NCBI RefSeq assembly: GCF_964355755.1
Contig: NC_092670.1
Location: forward strand, 30,740,388 to 30,804,387
Length of the DNA stretch: 64,000 nucleotides
From: Antedon mediterranea
Lineage: Eukaryota; Animalia; Echinodermata
Direction: 5' to 3'
Shown here: positions 50,415 through 64,000 of the stretch, one piece after another
Numbering within the stretch: the stretch's first letter is position 1
Layout: each line of letters starts with the position of its first letter
Position numbers and translations under genes: made by a program
Notes under the pieces: model-generated
Told to the model about the DNA's origin: nothing
Seen by the model: only the letters and a program-made list of their open reading frames with translations
Database searches by the model: none

Positions 50415-53400
50415 TAGCTCTACAACATTACAGTTCAGTAAATTAAATTTCTATTCCAATAAAAGTTCTTATACGTACGCGTCTCGTCACGGTAAATGTG
50501 TACACATCTTCCCCATAGACTGAACACATTCCGGCCTCTATAGCCTACAAACTCTCTTTTTTTGTGTTACGAGGCTAAATTCATCTTGCTAATTAATCAA
50601 TTCTCAATCTTAAAAGGTATTCGTTAAAGTGAAATATTACACTTAACGTTTTGCGACTGAAATCGTCAATCGTACAAAAAGAAAAATATAACCTCCTTGT
50701 CTGCGGATAAATTATAAAATACAGTAACTAGACTCGATTCTAAATGACTTGCGATAGTCGGTTAGAAACTGTCTGTGACAGATGCAGAAACGGGCGCAAT
50801 TTGTAACAACTTATTATTGGGTTGTATTAGGTTTACAGGAATTACAAATTCTGATACACGGTGAAAATATTCATCCCGAATAACGAATAATATATTTTTT
50901 CCTAGCAGGCCTAAATATTTTTAACTTTTGAAACACAAGTTATATCAAAAAGTGAATTATGACTACAAAAGCCCTTTGGGAGCATATTAAATAAAAAACG
51001 TCAACTATAATAAATGTCATCAAACGGCAGCGCCTCAAAGGAATGTCATCGAAATAATATTTCGTAGACAAGAGCAGAAAGTCACCTGATGTTGTCACAT
51101 ACTGCCGTACGCTGTTGCCAAGACAACTAATGTTTCCCGGGATGTTGTAAACTACCGGTCGGTATTTGAAAGGAGACATTTTACAGGTGAGACATTACAG
51201 GTGGATTTAATTGCGTTAATTCATAATGCTGCTGTAGAACGGATTAAATGGAATATTTACATGATGAATGATAATGTATTAATTTTGAGAAATTATTATT
51301 TAAAAGTATTGGAAATAGGAATGAGGCTTTTTTTTTTTTAGAGACAAGACAAACAATCATTCAACATAATGACATACAAACTTACCACTATAAAAAATAT
51401 GGGATATAATTGCCAATCCATTCTTATTCGTTACTGTATTGGTGGTTAGTTTAATGGTAAAAAAACATGCTAATAAAACAGGTTGGCTGGTAGGCTACTC
51501 GTATTTTCTACAAATCCGTTGTTTTTTAACTCGTGAAATTATAATTTATGTTGTTTTTTTTTAACAAATCTTGTTTTATTCGTGCCGTGCCGTGCAGGCA
51601 GTTTTATTCAGGAAGCATTATGAAACTTTATCACAAGGAAGCTTACCGGTATTTACTACGGTTGAATTGTGTTATTCCATACCAAATCGCCAGTTCTTGT
51701 GCAAATCTATAAAAACATCACTCTTCCTATGGGACAACCCTATTTAGGGGGAACGCTTTCATGAAACGAACAAGAAGCAATATTTGTTAACACTTGGCCA
51801 ACCCTTATTTATGGGACACCTCTATTAAGGGTACAATTTGTTGGGTCCTGAAGGTATCCCCTTAATAGGGGTTCTGAGTGCGTACATCAATGAAATCATA
51901 TATCGATATTATAAAATATTTGCCTTTAAAATGTATTTACATGCATGGTACAGATCACCAAACAGGAGCCTAATACTCTCTTAAGATGATACCACAAATA
52001 ATGAATGTACGAGAAAAATTATAAGAGTAACAGGTCTATAATTTACCGAATAAAATTTCTATACATTCCACGAATACAAAACATTTATTATTTGTTTTAT
52101 AAATGAACTACTGTAAATGTCAAGCAATATACCGTAGGCCCATATAGAAATATGGTGATCGGAATGTGGCCGCCGGGTAGAACCGTTATTAGACGGCACA
52201 TACAAGTTTGGTTATGAACGCGAAACAATCACAAACATCGTGTTATACATTGTAGTTTTTAGCACAATCCTGAACTGTCTGTATAATATTTTTTTTTTAT
52301 CGAAAGTAATTTTTATTATTTTAACCAGCCTGTAGTGTTAGTGACTGTTGGTCTGGAATGAAATAAAATAAAAATAAAACATGTACCACCTGATGGATTC
52401 AAATAATCCATGGCACGTGATACATACTATACAACTAATGTAAAAAATGGGAGGTGCTTAATCACCTTAAGAAAATTGAGCAAACATACTTCCTATAGGT
52501 TTTATAAACGAATACCGTATATAAACTGTATAATACAGTCTATAATCATCATAAGGTAGTTGAACCGTCATTCGTTATCGTATTCAAACTATTTAAAATG
52601 GTTTTAATTAGTCGTATCTTTGGAACAGGAAACATCATACATTTACATGTCTAACATGTCTAATAATAGCCATGACAAGTTAGAATGTTATCAACTTACT
52701 TAATAATTGATTAGCAATACCGATATCATATCATAATTTTTTTTTTCGATTTGCTTTTCAGCGTTATTTTTAAAATTTTAATGTAATGGAATTTTTTTCT
52801 ATAATGATTAACGTGCCTTGAAAAAAAAAGTACATAAATAAAATATCGAATAGGATTATTGAGCTATGCACTTATAATTGAATATTGTTTGTAAAGCATT
52901 TATGATTATGGGGAAGGGAGTGTGCCCCTTCTTCATGACTGTTAGTGCAAGTGCCTAACAACTATAGACCTTATTATTATGTGTTTCAAAAGTTATCGTT
53001 ACCTCACTAACGGATGACTCTACTAAAAGTTTAATATAAAATTGGTTTTTAATTCCAAAGTCATTTTAATGGTTAAGTTATATTATCAGTTGCTAATAAC
53101 TTTGATATCACAGTGATTGACTGGATATGAAAATTTCAATTTGATGACAAACGTGCAGATGATATTAAAAGTCCTCTTGATTTGACAGGGGATATCTATG
53201 CATCATGGTGATAAGGTATACCGTATTGAATCAATTATTTGGGAGTTTTAAAAGTAATAACAGCGGGGCCCGCGCGCTGTCGAACGGTGATTTGAAGATG
53301 CAACAGGGGCCTTTCTACAGGCTAGAAACAACTATTCAATGTATTTAAACATCGCTTTTGCCAGAGGTTTCTGTTGTTTTACCCTACCAATTCATGACCA

Positions 53401-56400
53401 GAAGAAACTTAGCCGGGAGTCCACTTACAGGTGTGCATTTCTTTTCAAAAGGTATTGCATAAATGGTGCATTAAGTACTATTCAACGCGGACATAATTAT
53501 ATGCCTTCACTCGGTTGTGGTTGAAAAACCTATAATGCTGACATTAATTTGTTGTAGAACCCCTTCTTTGGGACGGTTATTAAGAAAACACCTCTATTAA
53601 AGAGACACATTAAGCATTTACATTCTTACAGGATTCTGCCTTAACACGTTGGGAAAAATACGTATCGGACACGATAATGATTGTTTTCCCAGTTTTCCTT
53701 TTCTAAACGTAGTTCTAAGTTAACCTCTTTTCGCACGTCGCGCGAATTAATATCATGCCAATTGTTAATGTTATATTTTTTTCTCTTATACGTTTTCATT
53801 TTCCCATTGAACTAACGTTCGTTTCTCAAACCGAATCCAGGACAGCCATACTAATCTGCTCCTAAATTAGAATTGAATCGTTTCAAATTCTCAAAAAGCT
53901 GCTAGCAAAAACGACTAGGGTTTCAGACATCACGTGACATGAGAAACCCAATCGTGCGTTTCATGAAAACGTATAATAATATACGAGTAAAATATAAGTT
54001 GCGTTAAGTAGGCTAAAGGTTATAACAATTGGGTTAGTAATACATCGTTGATTGTTTCTACTACTCAATCCTATAAATTAAGATCGACAAGTGATGACAT
54101 AACTATGAATTATATTTAGCATTAAGGCATTTTTGGATAACTTACACACTTCAAACAAAATAAGAAACATGTTACTCTAAATAAACACATTCAAAACTTT
54201 GATCTTTACAAAAACCTTAATTTCCATATAATTTTTTTTTTTAAGAATTGATTATTTGAAAAACAGCACAGCAATAACGAAACTTTATCGAGTGAACTGA
54301 TGGTAGATTACTGAAAGAAATGTTGAGTGATATCACTAAGGGTCCGGTATAATATTAATAATAGTGATAAGTTGTCAATGGAGCAAGTCAAGCAAGCAAA
54401 TCCACGGGCGTAGACTTAGCGAATTCCGAATTCACCGCGTTGAAGTTAAAAATCACCGGCGTTCGATTTGATGTTCACTGAAATCGTCTGTTGCGTCGAC
54501 AATACGGTCATTGGACGCTTCGCGTACTAATTATTTCAGTCTTAAGATATTTGTCGCCGTAATTCTTTCCAATTAAATTAACACCTGTAAATGACCTTTA
54601 TAAATATTTCTATAAACCCCAGCATTACTATAATTTAATTTTTTTTATTACATTTCAAGCATGGAATGACACAATAAAGTAAATTTGTAACATTGTTAAT
54701 CTGATAAGAAATGAAACAGGGAAAACCACAAAACAAGCAAAAAAAGATTTTACAATGGCTAGGCGCATGCCTGAGTTCTGACGTCAACTTTAACTATACC
54801 TACCAAGAAATACATAATGAGCGGACTCCTACTATTTATTGCACAGTGACATGAATACTGTGTGTTATACTTTTTCTCCTTAATAGGTCTAAAATTATAA
54901 TTTATATGATTAGGCCTATGTAAAACTTAATATTGATTAGCATGTCAATGTGTTCATTTACAGAAGATAGGCAGATTCGTGATTTTTTTTTTAAATCAAC
55001 GTGAATAAGGTAATAATCAGTTAGCCTAAAAAATAGCTTTCATTTATTGCCAATCAAAGTTTAAAATCAGACCAACGACGTCATTATACCATTGGCGTGT
55101 GTCAGTAAATGTTAGCCAAAAGCCTAATGTTTTAAATATCAACAGGAAAAAACGCTAAATGATACTATTTAAATGAATGAAAGGAGTAGAAATAGCATCA
55201 TCGCAGTAAATCGTTTGATAAACTATCAATATGAGCAAAGTTACTGGCGGCGTTCTACATATATAGGTAAATAGTGTACCAAAATAATATGACGTTAAGG
55301 GGCACAGTTTTGGACAGATTTTTGTCACATTTGAATGAAATAAATCCTGTATTACAACTTGTGTAGTGTCGAAACAGAATTATACAACGATAGTTGCTTT
55401 GAAAAATGACAAATGTTCCAGCGACACTTGTATGAATACCTTTTCAAAAAGTTTAATTATAGAGGGCGATATATCAATGCGCGGAAACTAATCATATTGG
55501 CGTCATGGAGGATTATTTAATCCAGATTTCCTAACGAATGAGTAGGCCTATACGTACGCCTGTAGAATTAGGCGAATTCAACTTTGATGAATATGGAAGG
55601 TTTGGATAACAGAGATACAGACTATGTTAATTCTATTTTATGGCGATCGTAGTTGGGAGTATTCTAGTATAACACTTAGTGAATAAATGACACCTCATAC
55701 TACAAAATATACAGTATGCAAATTAATTAGCTCAAATGTGTAATTTCGGAAAATATATTATAATTTAATATATCCTGGTAACCATTAATTTTGAAAGAAC
55801 GGTGATATCTATTTTAATCGGCAATTATTTAATTCAAAGATGTTGATACTACAAAATATCGATATTAGGCCTATTTTGTTTAAAACAAGATATGTGATAA
55901 AAAAAATGTCTATAGCTAACATCTTAAAAATAGATGCATTTGTTATGTTCTTGTTTATATTTTAGCGTTACGTTCGCGTGGATCACCTAACTCGACCCGG
56001 TGACGAGTTAATCTAGTTTACGTTATTCTGATTAAATTTATTATTTTTCCACCTATAAATAATTCGAAAATATAATTAAAATACAGTATTTTATCAATAC
56101 TCAACTTCTTGTTCGAAGAGCTGAGCTACTCTAGCAAGTTGTCAATGTTGAACCTGATTTCCAGTGAATCGTGTATGTACCTTAGTTATCAACATCTATT
56201 CCCTAGAGCAAATAAATACAATATTTCAATTTATTTAGCCATCTCAAACGATAGAGTCACGCAGTCGACATCTTATAAAAGAATACAATATGTAATTATA
56301 CTTATATCAATGCTGCAAATTTATTTTCAATATCACAGTTTTGCATTGTACATGCCTATGCATTTCAAAAATTTCCCTGAACTCATGTTGTTACTCTAGA

Positions 56401-58019
56401 GTATTATACGAGAAATGTCTGTGTTTAAAATGTGGTTCCCCTGGGTGAGGCGTGACGGCACGCAGGAATACGTAACGCCGACAGCAATAACTTGCACTGA
56501 CCGATGCTATAGAGATATTTGTCATGAAAACTAGAATTTATTCGATAATAAATAAAAGTAATCCAACCACACGCATTCGCTTTCCTGTTTAAGGTGAAAG
56601 TTTTCTAATAATTGTTAAATCAGCTTCTTATACCGACGAACATCATCGTCAGCATTTCTTGTTATATATTGTGTTCAAATAAATAGAATATATCTGTGCT
56701 ATTTTGCCTTGTTTTTTTCGAATTCCCCCTCCCCTTCCCGCAACAAAACACCCTTCCTAACGCTAGGCATAAAATAAAATAAAACATCACGCCTACTGTA
56801 AGACAAGAATCCCTAGTCAAGATGTTTAATTTGCTTTGAATGTCAGTAACCGAATTCACCAAGGATGTTTATTGTGTCAAAGTGCAAATGGTGAATACAA
56901 GATTTGAACCGGGGTCCATGAGATTAGGAAGTATTATAAGCAGTCTAGGCCTACACAAAGAGATATTCAACCACCTGCTTAAAAAAATACACAACAGAGA
57001 GAGATAGAGCCAAGTACTATTTTAAAGTTTGTATTAAAGTCTGGTTTATATGTCAATTTAACTTCGTGCACATTGGTACTGATAGGCACTGACATGTGTC
57101 TCCCAATACTCCCATAGTTATGGTCTAGGCCTACTTCCGATTTGTAGTACAACCGTATACACATTGACCAAGTTCACAACTTTAACATTGTGCTATTTTT
57201 AACTCACCAAACGGAAACGCATTGCTTCTGGTAATCGTACTGTAATCATTTTGTTTAGTTTTTAGTTTATTTATTTATTTTAATGTTACTGTAATGTTTC
57301 TTTACAATATAGTTATTTAATCAGATCAACAAGTTGTTATTAATTTAATTTAGCTAGAATTACATTTTGTAACTAAACTTCTCTCAAGTTTTTCATCCAT
57401 GTTGAAAATAAATACTAAACTCCGGTCACGTAACTAATTTAATTTCCTATATTTAAAGAGATGGTTAACTCACACAACTTCCACAAACCCAGGGTTCTTA
57501 TCAAAATAACACTAACCTGGATAATTGAATGACTGTTTTGAAACTGATACTCATCCGGATAATAATACCAAAATACTTCACGGAGTTTGCTTTATACAGT
57601 ATGTATATATATATATATATATTGGCCTACACCATTACATAAGTAAAGTTCTAGCAGAAAAGTGTAAGACTTTATGTACAATGTATACATTAAGCACTTT
57701 ATAATGTGAGAGGTTAGAAAACAGGTAATTAGTTCAAGAACAAGGAGTGGCACTTGGGATCAATGTTGTAAAATTGGAAATGGGTATGGAAAAGTGTTTT
57801 TGTATTTTTTCCCTTAATTGTACATTGACAAGTAATGAGGATTATCATCGGCAAATTCACAATTGTATTACTGTATATGTAATACTATTCCTCTGACAGT
57901 TTTAACTTGTGACGAATGATTTATATACGGAGACTGTCGGGTGCTTAGTCCTATCAAGAGACATGATCATACGAGACCTGTCCTGTAAAAAATTCTGCCA
58001 TCGGTTTCGACGTCACTAA

Positions 58020-58347
58020 AGGCCCATTTACACTAGGTCTATAACGATCGATAATGAATGGATTATGCATTTTGTCATATACATAAACAAAAGCAATCTA
58101 AAAAGTGTTCATCTGTAACTATAGGAAAACCCCCTTACTAGCTTTGATGAAAATAATATTTCAAAACCTCTAATTATGACGTCATAGTTGTAGGAGCAAT
58201 GATTGATCCTGACGTCACTTGACTGGCTTTTTTAAATAAACCAGCATAACCAGTTATTAGAATGAACATTTCTAATTTCTTTTGCTTTATGTAAAAAAAA
58301 GTGTATGTTTCTATTATCGACGATGGCTATCAATCATAAACGGGCAT
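58020..58347. mobile_element. ~330-bp Harbinger-like MITE, copy 2 (diverged)
   Basis: TAA|AGGCCCATTTACACTA...ATAACGATCGA...AAACGGGCAT|TAA; colinear with 39971-40307. Confidence 0.75.
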
Positions 58348-58829
58348 TAAAGTAACTATCTCATTAATAACTATACACTGTTAGATGTTTCTTTAATTTT
58401 ATATATCAAAATATTGTTTTATGTAACATAGCTAATGAGCAAATCAGTACACTCAATATCTCCTCAGATGAAAAATAAAGACAACATTTCATTAGGACTA
58501 GTCAATGAAACAAGGTCACTAAATGATAAAGTATCCAATGCGTTTTATCTTTTATTTTAATCGCCAACATATTTTTGAAAAGGCAAAAACTATGTAAGAT
58601 ATGTTTCAAAGAAATTATATACGTTCAATAACAAAAAGTAAGATGTTGATTAATTCACAGTATAATCGATATGTTGTGAGAAGGTTAGATGTATCAAATG
58701 TGTGAAGAGTACAGGAAATGGGTGACAGTACTTGATATGTGAATACATTAATCTTAAAGATAAAATAAAATTGTTTAACAATTGATGTCGAATAGGCCAT
58801 TTTGATTTTGCGTATCCAAATGGTTTTGA

Positions 58830-59820
58830 TCACCACCTCATCTCCATCAACCTCATCATACATCACAAGCACCACCTCATCTCCATCACCCTCGGCATAC
58901 ATCACAACCACCACCTCGTCTCCATCGCCCTCAGCATGTCTCACAAGCACCACCTCATCTCCATCACCCTCGGCATACATCACAACCGCCACCTCATATC
59001 ATTCACCCTCAGCATGTCTCACAAGCAACCCCTCATCTCCATCACCCTCAGCATGTCTCACAAGCACCACCTCATCTCCATCACCCTCAGCATGTCTCAC
59101 AAGCACCACCTCATCTCCATCACCCTCAGTATGTCTCATAACCGCCACATCATCTCCATTACCCTCAGCATGTCTCACAAGCACCACCTCATCTCCATCA
59201 CCCTCAGCATACATCACACCCGCCACCTCATCTCCATCACCCTCTGCATGTCGCAAAAGCACCACCTCATCTCCATCACCCTCAGCTTACATCACAACCG
59301 CCACCTCATCTCCATCACCCTCAACATGTCTCACAAGCAACACCTTATCTCCATCACCCTCAGCATACATCACAACCGCCACCTCATCTCCATCACCCTC
59401 AGCTTACATTACAACCACCACCTCATCTCTATCACCCTCAGCTTACATCACAACCGCCACCTCATCTCCATCACCCTCAGCATGTATCACAAGCAACACC
59501 TTATCTCCATCACCCTCAGCATACATCACAACCGCCACCTCATATCCATCACCCTCAACATGTCTCACAAGCACCACCTCATCTCCATCACCCTCAGCGT
59601 GGCTCACAAGCACCACCTCATCTCCATCACCCTCAGCATGTCTCACAAGCAACACCTCATCTCCATCACCCTCAGCATACATCACAACCGCCACCTCATC
59701 CATCACCCTTAGCATGTCTCACAAGCACCACCTCATCTCTATATTACCCTCAGCATACATCACAACCGCCACCTCATATCATTCACCTTCAGCATGTCTC
59801 ACAAGCACCACCTCACCCTC
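58830..59820. repeat. 39-bp minisatellite, ~25 copies, two unit types
   Basis: Units ATCACCCTCAGCATGTCTCACAAGCACCACCTCATCTCC and ATCACCCTCAGCATACATCACAACCGCCACCTCATCTCC. These account for the overlapping 368-, 258- and ~90-aa ORFs. Confidence 0.97.
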
Positions 59821-61085
59821 ACTTGTCAACTATGCACCACCACATCTCCACCCTCGCCAAGCCGTCACCTTTACAACCACCACCACGCAGCAACCTCGTT
59901 CACTCTAACACAGGCGATCATACAAATTACAACACATGTCACATGCACATATACCCTTATATTATGTTAACGTTTTAATAGTCATATTTATCATATCGAT
60001 ACCAATTTTTGTTTGTGCATTTTAATAGACAGGTCAACGCATTGTAGGATACAATTGTGTTTACAAAAATGTATATGTGTCTTATATATTGAATATAGGT
60101 GATATTCTAACTCTATATCGACATACGCTAAGTTATAAATCTCATGACACATCAAAACTGATATTATTATGGGAAAGTTCACGCTGACATATTACAACAA
60201 AGTAGACAAATGTTATCGTAATAAAACTGTCTATCGTAAAATATTCCCATAAGTTAAAGAGGCACTCTATTCAAATAAATTGATGAACTTGAAATGGTTT
60301 TAAAAGTGTTTTATGCGAGTTGTATAGGCATAACAATAAATCTCACTCAATATATAAAAAAAATTAGGCGGCCTACGTTGTCAATTCAAACACTGCTCAG
60401 TAGCCTCCATGATATTGTCGTTACTGATGTGTATTAGGGCCTACACTATTTTCATTTTATGGTGTGTATAAACCATAACTTGTTTGACTGGGAAACCGAT
60501 ACAGAGAATTATGATATAGGCCTAATGCAAATTCTCTTCGGCTTAGATGGGAGAAAATGCTATACTACTTACAGCCGGATTTTTGGAAATGGTTTTGACT
60601 TTATACTACATCAAAACCGTATTATTAAGGCAATGTGTTTGTATCACTCCACTATTAAGCAAACTGACGAGTGACTTGAGTAATATCACAACTGTTAACA
60701 ACAGGTCAACTTAAATGTGATGATTAATTTCTGGCAATGTCAGTAAACTCAATTTGCATTGTTACTAAAAATAAAATAAATACAATAATAGTGTAGGGCC
60801 TATGTACTCCAATTAGTGTAGCGCGCCAAAAGAGGGGAGGGCAATGTGACAGGTACGGGAAGAAAGTTGGAGAAATTCTTACATGAAATTGAAACGTTCA
60901 GATATAAGTAACTGTTCGGGGTATTTGCAATAAAATATTTAGGCCTATATTTTTATGAAAAAATAGTAGAGTAAACTATAGTACAAGACGAAGTAGAATA
61001 AATACTAATTTTCGGCCTCTCAGTCTCATTTATGTTTCATAAAGCACTGAAGACATCGGTATGAATTACAATATTATGTACTCAC

Positions 61086-61198
61086 CATTTTGTAGAAGTA
61101 TAGCATGAAATGAAAGAAATATCAAAAGAAATAAAAACTTTTATATTCGTATTTATTCAAACAACTCTTTTGAGACAGGGCTTTAGAGTCTGTGAGGT
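61086..61198 (-). other. Candidate exon ending in ATG (5'UTR/start-codon exon)
   Basis: Minus-strand acceptor GTTTGCATTTTCAG| at 61199 and donor CAAAATG|GTGAGT at 61085. Confidence 0.4.
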
Positions 61199-62533
61199 CT
61201 GAAAATGCAAACGAGTATTTTACTGTGGTCAATGAGAAATTTACATTGTAAATAACTATTTTTCTATTGAAAAGTAGTGGAGTGTTACTTAACAATCCGA
61301 TGTAGACGTATAAAAGCAAACATATCTTCTTTTTTTAATGGAGACGCAAACATCCTTACTTTAGACGCAAAAATACATACTGTAGACGCAAACAGGCTTA
61401 CTGTGACGCAAAAAGACTTCGACGATGTCATTAGGCCTACTTTTTGTTTATTGTTTATTGACCAATTGGTCATTTGATCGATGGAATTTCTAAGTTTTTA
61501 AACAAATTAATAACATCAAACACGACTCGAGAGGACTGTCACTTTAAAAATAGTTATTAAATAAAATTTATCGTTTTTGGGACACCCCGGTACAGTGGAG
61601 ACTGTACTTATAGTCACCTGGGACAAACGAGGGGAAAACGAACCCTTAGGTTATACCTCTATCAACGGGACACGATCCGAGTTCCCGATTATAAAGGTTA
61701 TACTGCATTCTGTACGGTATAATATTCATCGATTAGTATATTAATAATGCACGTACATAATTATAATGTATTGCGTATAATGAGGTACAGCAATAAGCTC
61801 ACAATACATTGATGTGCTGTATTCGATTAGTACACAACAATCAAAAAGATAATGCATGTAATTGAATTTGACAATTAAACAACACTTAATAGACACATTC
61901 ACCAACACACATGATGTGTATCATCACACAACGTTTCATCTGCAATGAATACACAAACGCATACAAATGTAATACAGATAGGGTGAGCACTTTTGACCAG
62001 TATATAATTAATCCAGAGCTTTCATCCGTGGTCATTTTGATTAACTCAGTTAATACTGTATAGTAGAATAGCAGGCAATTAGCCGTGTATTCGTTTCGTA
62101 TTACTATTATTACACTACTTATGGTTAGAAGACAGCAGTTGTTCAAAATGTATTAAACATATAAAATTAGAAAATTTTATCATTCTGAGCATATATTTTA
62201 AACAAAATTTGTAAAAGCAATGCCTATTCCACAAATATACAACAGTCTTAAATAATTATTATAATATTGATATCGATATTCCTAATGAAATGCTAGGAAT
62301 TGAAGTATAAAAATAATAATGTGGTTTTTTTTTCTTTTTAATTGAGATGCAATGGCATCACGCAAAATAATACGTTCACTAAATGCTAACGTCCGTTTCC
62401 ACGTTACACACTTGTACGCTTCGTCCAAATAATGTATTGATTGTCCGCTGTAAGAACGGCAATAATTTAAAGGGGGCTGCGGCGTTGGATCCGACAACAC
62501 GGGATTATTGTGGATAAACATATAGCATGAATA

Positions 62534-62707
62534 CAGTAGAACGCCTCGTAACCTCTTAATAGAGGTTTCCTTGAATGGGGGTTCGCCATAATGTTAAGAC
62601 ATATTGCTCCTTGTTCGTTTCACAGTAAATTGTCTCCTTATAATTAGTATTTATAATTATAGGGGTGGCCCCTGAATACAGGTGTCCCAACATGAGTGGT
62701 TTAACTG
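62534..62707. mobile_element. Degenerate Tc1/pogo-like MITE
   Basis: TA|CAGTAGAAC...GGTTTAACTG|TA with TTAATAGAGG and GGTGTCCC internal motifs. Confidence 0.55.
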
Positions 62708-62864
62708 TAGTTAAATAGATAGTGTAGTTAGTAGGTCTACTGGTAGAATGAGTAGGCCTACATTACAAATCCAGTGCAGGTATCTCTCAAGTGAATCCAT
62801 CAACACACATTTTAATTACTATACACTACATTAATTGGAATGTTAAACATTAATGTTGGCTTAC

Positions 62865-63122
62865 CTTGTTTATATCAATCTTGTAATGGCATGACCGCAC
62901 AGAGGGATTAAAAGCTGTCCAGGGGAAGTAACCGTGCCCGGGCGGATGAACACGATAATGATGACACACACGCGGAAACGAGCTTCAGTCTATGATATTG
63001 TTAAATATCAGTTGTTCTGCTTTATCGACCTTCAACAACGAAATATTATTTTCCAAATAATGAACTTCTGCTCTCTACGATTCATCCAATATATATCTGT
63101 CACACATCAGTGGATACAGAAT
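62865..63122 (-). other. Candidate non-coding exon
   Basis: Minus-strand acceptor TTGTTTTTTTGTAG| at 63123 and donor AAG|GTAAGC at 62864. Higher GC than flanks; stops in all three frames. Confidence 0.45.
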
Positions 63123-63590
63123 CTACAAAAAAACAATCTATTCTGTTTACTTTGTATTTGATTTTTAATACTGTAATTATTCTATGCCGCATGATAAGCG
63201 CGTGAGAAATTTAGTATGGACTATCGGTACACACTCTCCATCCTGACACCAATCTTTATACAACGTGTCTAATAAAAGCTAGTTGACCAGTTGACAGTTC
63301 GGATTATACATTGTTTGTGATTGGCCAAATCACTTGCATTGCGTCCAAGCTGTGGGGACGGGTAGTAATGTAGGCCTAGCCCGGGGATCTATACTGTATC
63401 TCTGAGACGCTACAGACGAGGATTGAGATGAGAGACAACCTTTTATTTGAATTTAGCAAACAGTCGTTATGAAATTTACTTCTTTTTTTAAACACTAGGG
63501 CCTATTATTAGACACTGGGACTTTAGGCGTTCGTTATAACTGTACTTGGCGGCTAAAATGACGGCGGCCAATGTGCACTGTATTTTTTTT

Positions 63591-63707
63591 TTTTTGCGTG
63601 CAAACGCGACTCTATAGCTCACTATGTCGGTCGGTTGGTCGGTCGATCGATCGGTAAACAGTAACTCAAATTCGAGAACGCGACTGCAGCCATGCATATG
63701 GCCTTGT
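63591..63707 (+). mobile_element. Short Helentron-like element (HINE), core-deleted form
   Basis: TTTTT...ACGCGACTCTATAGCTCACTATG(TCGG)n...ACGCGACTGCAGCCATGCATATGGCCTTGT matches both ends of 48176-48867 in reverse. Confidence 0.8.
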
Positions 63708-64000
63708 TTTTTTTTATAGATAAAGTCTAATTGTTTCTTCCTTTTTCTTCTTTTTTTTTAACTTCCTAGCTATGTCGAAAATTTCTATTTTAAAGTTTAA
63801 ACATAGCTATGTTGGATATATCGAGCATTGATAATATAGGCCTACTCATGTGGCAGGATTAGGCTTTCGTACAATATCACCGGTATCTCCTTGCACAATG
63901 AATGCATACCATCAATATTATACTAACCTTTTAATGTTACAATATCATGTAACTCGTTGTATTAACTGTTTGACATAAAATTAATATGTACACTCTGAAA

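Noticed and set aside
2152-63697. Remaining 60-125 aa ORFs in the track
   Set aside because: They have the AT-driven composition (I/L/F/Y/N/K rich) of random ORFs, often non-ATG starts, and no motifs or exon context.

Overview
AT-rich eukaryotic genomic DNA, probably from a marine invertebrate; a Deu/Nin-domain SINE points to a deuterostome or related bilaterian (inference). I recognise no intact host protein-coding gene, so this looks like a gene desert or large intron full of transposable elements. The clearest element is a young 3.56-kb LTR retrotransposon on the minus strand (44515-48077). It has two 472-bp LTRs identical by eye, a CTCGG target-site duplication, a tRNA-Leu primer-binding site (PBS) and a polypurine tract (PPT). 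It encodes an intact Gag(SCAN, CCHC)-protease ORF followed by a broken integrase and no RT/RNase H, consistent with a non-autonomous Gmr1-like element. Its leader carries about six PBS-like repeats that decay with distance from the LTR. The window also holds a decayed non-RD protein kinase inside a patch of degenerate coding fragments (8.6-10.4 kb), several Harbinger-like and Tc1/pogo-like MITEs, and Helentron-like (HINE) elements. There are LINE 3' ends, a 46-bp minisatellite with higher-order structure, a 39-bp minisatellite open in several frames, and candidate minus-strand non-coding/5'UTR exons. The octamer TAGGCCTA is strongly over-represented and may be a transposon excision footprint. 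All counts and alignments were done by eye.
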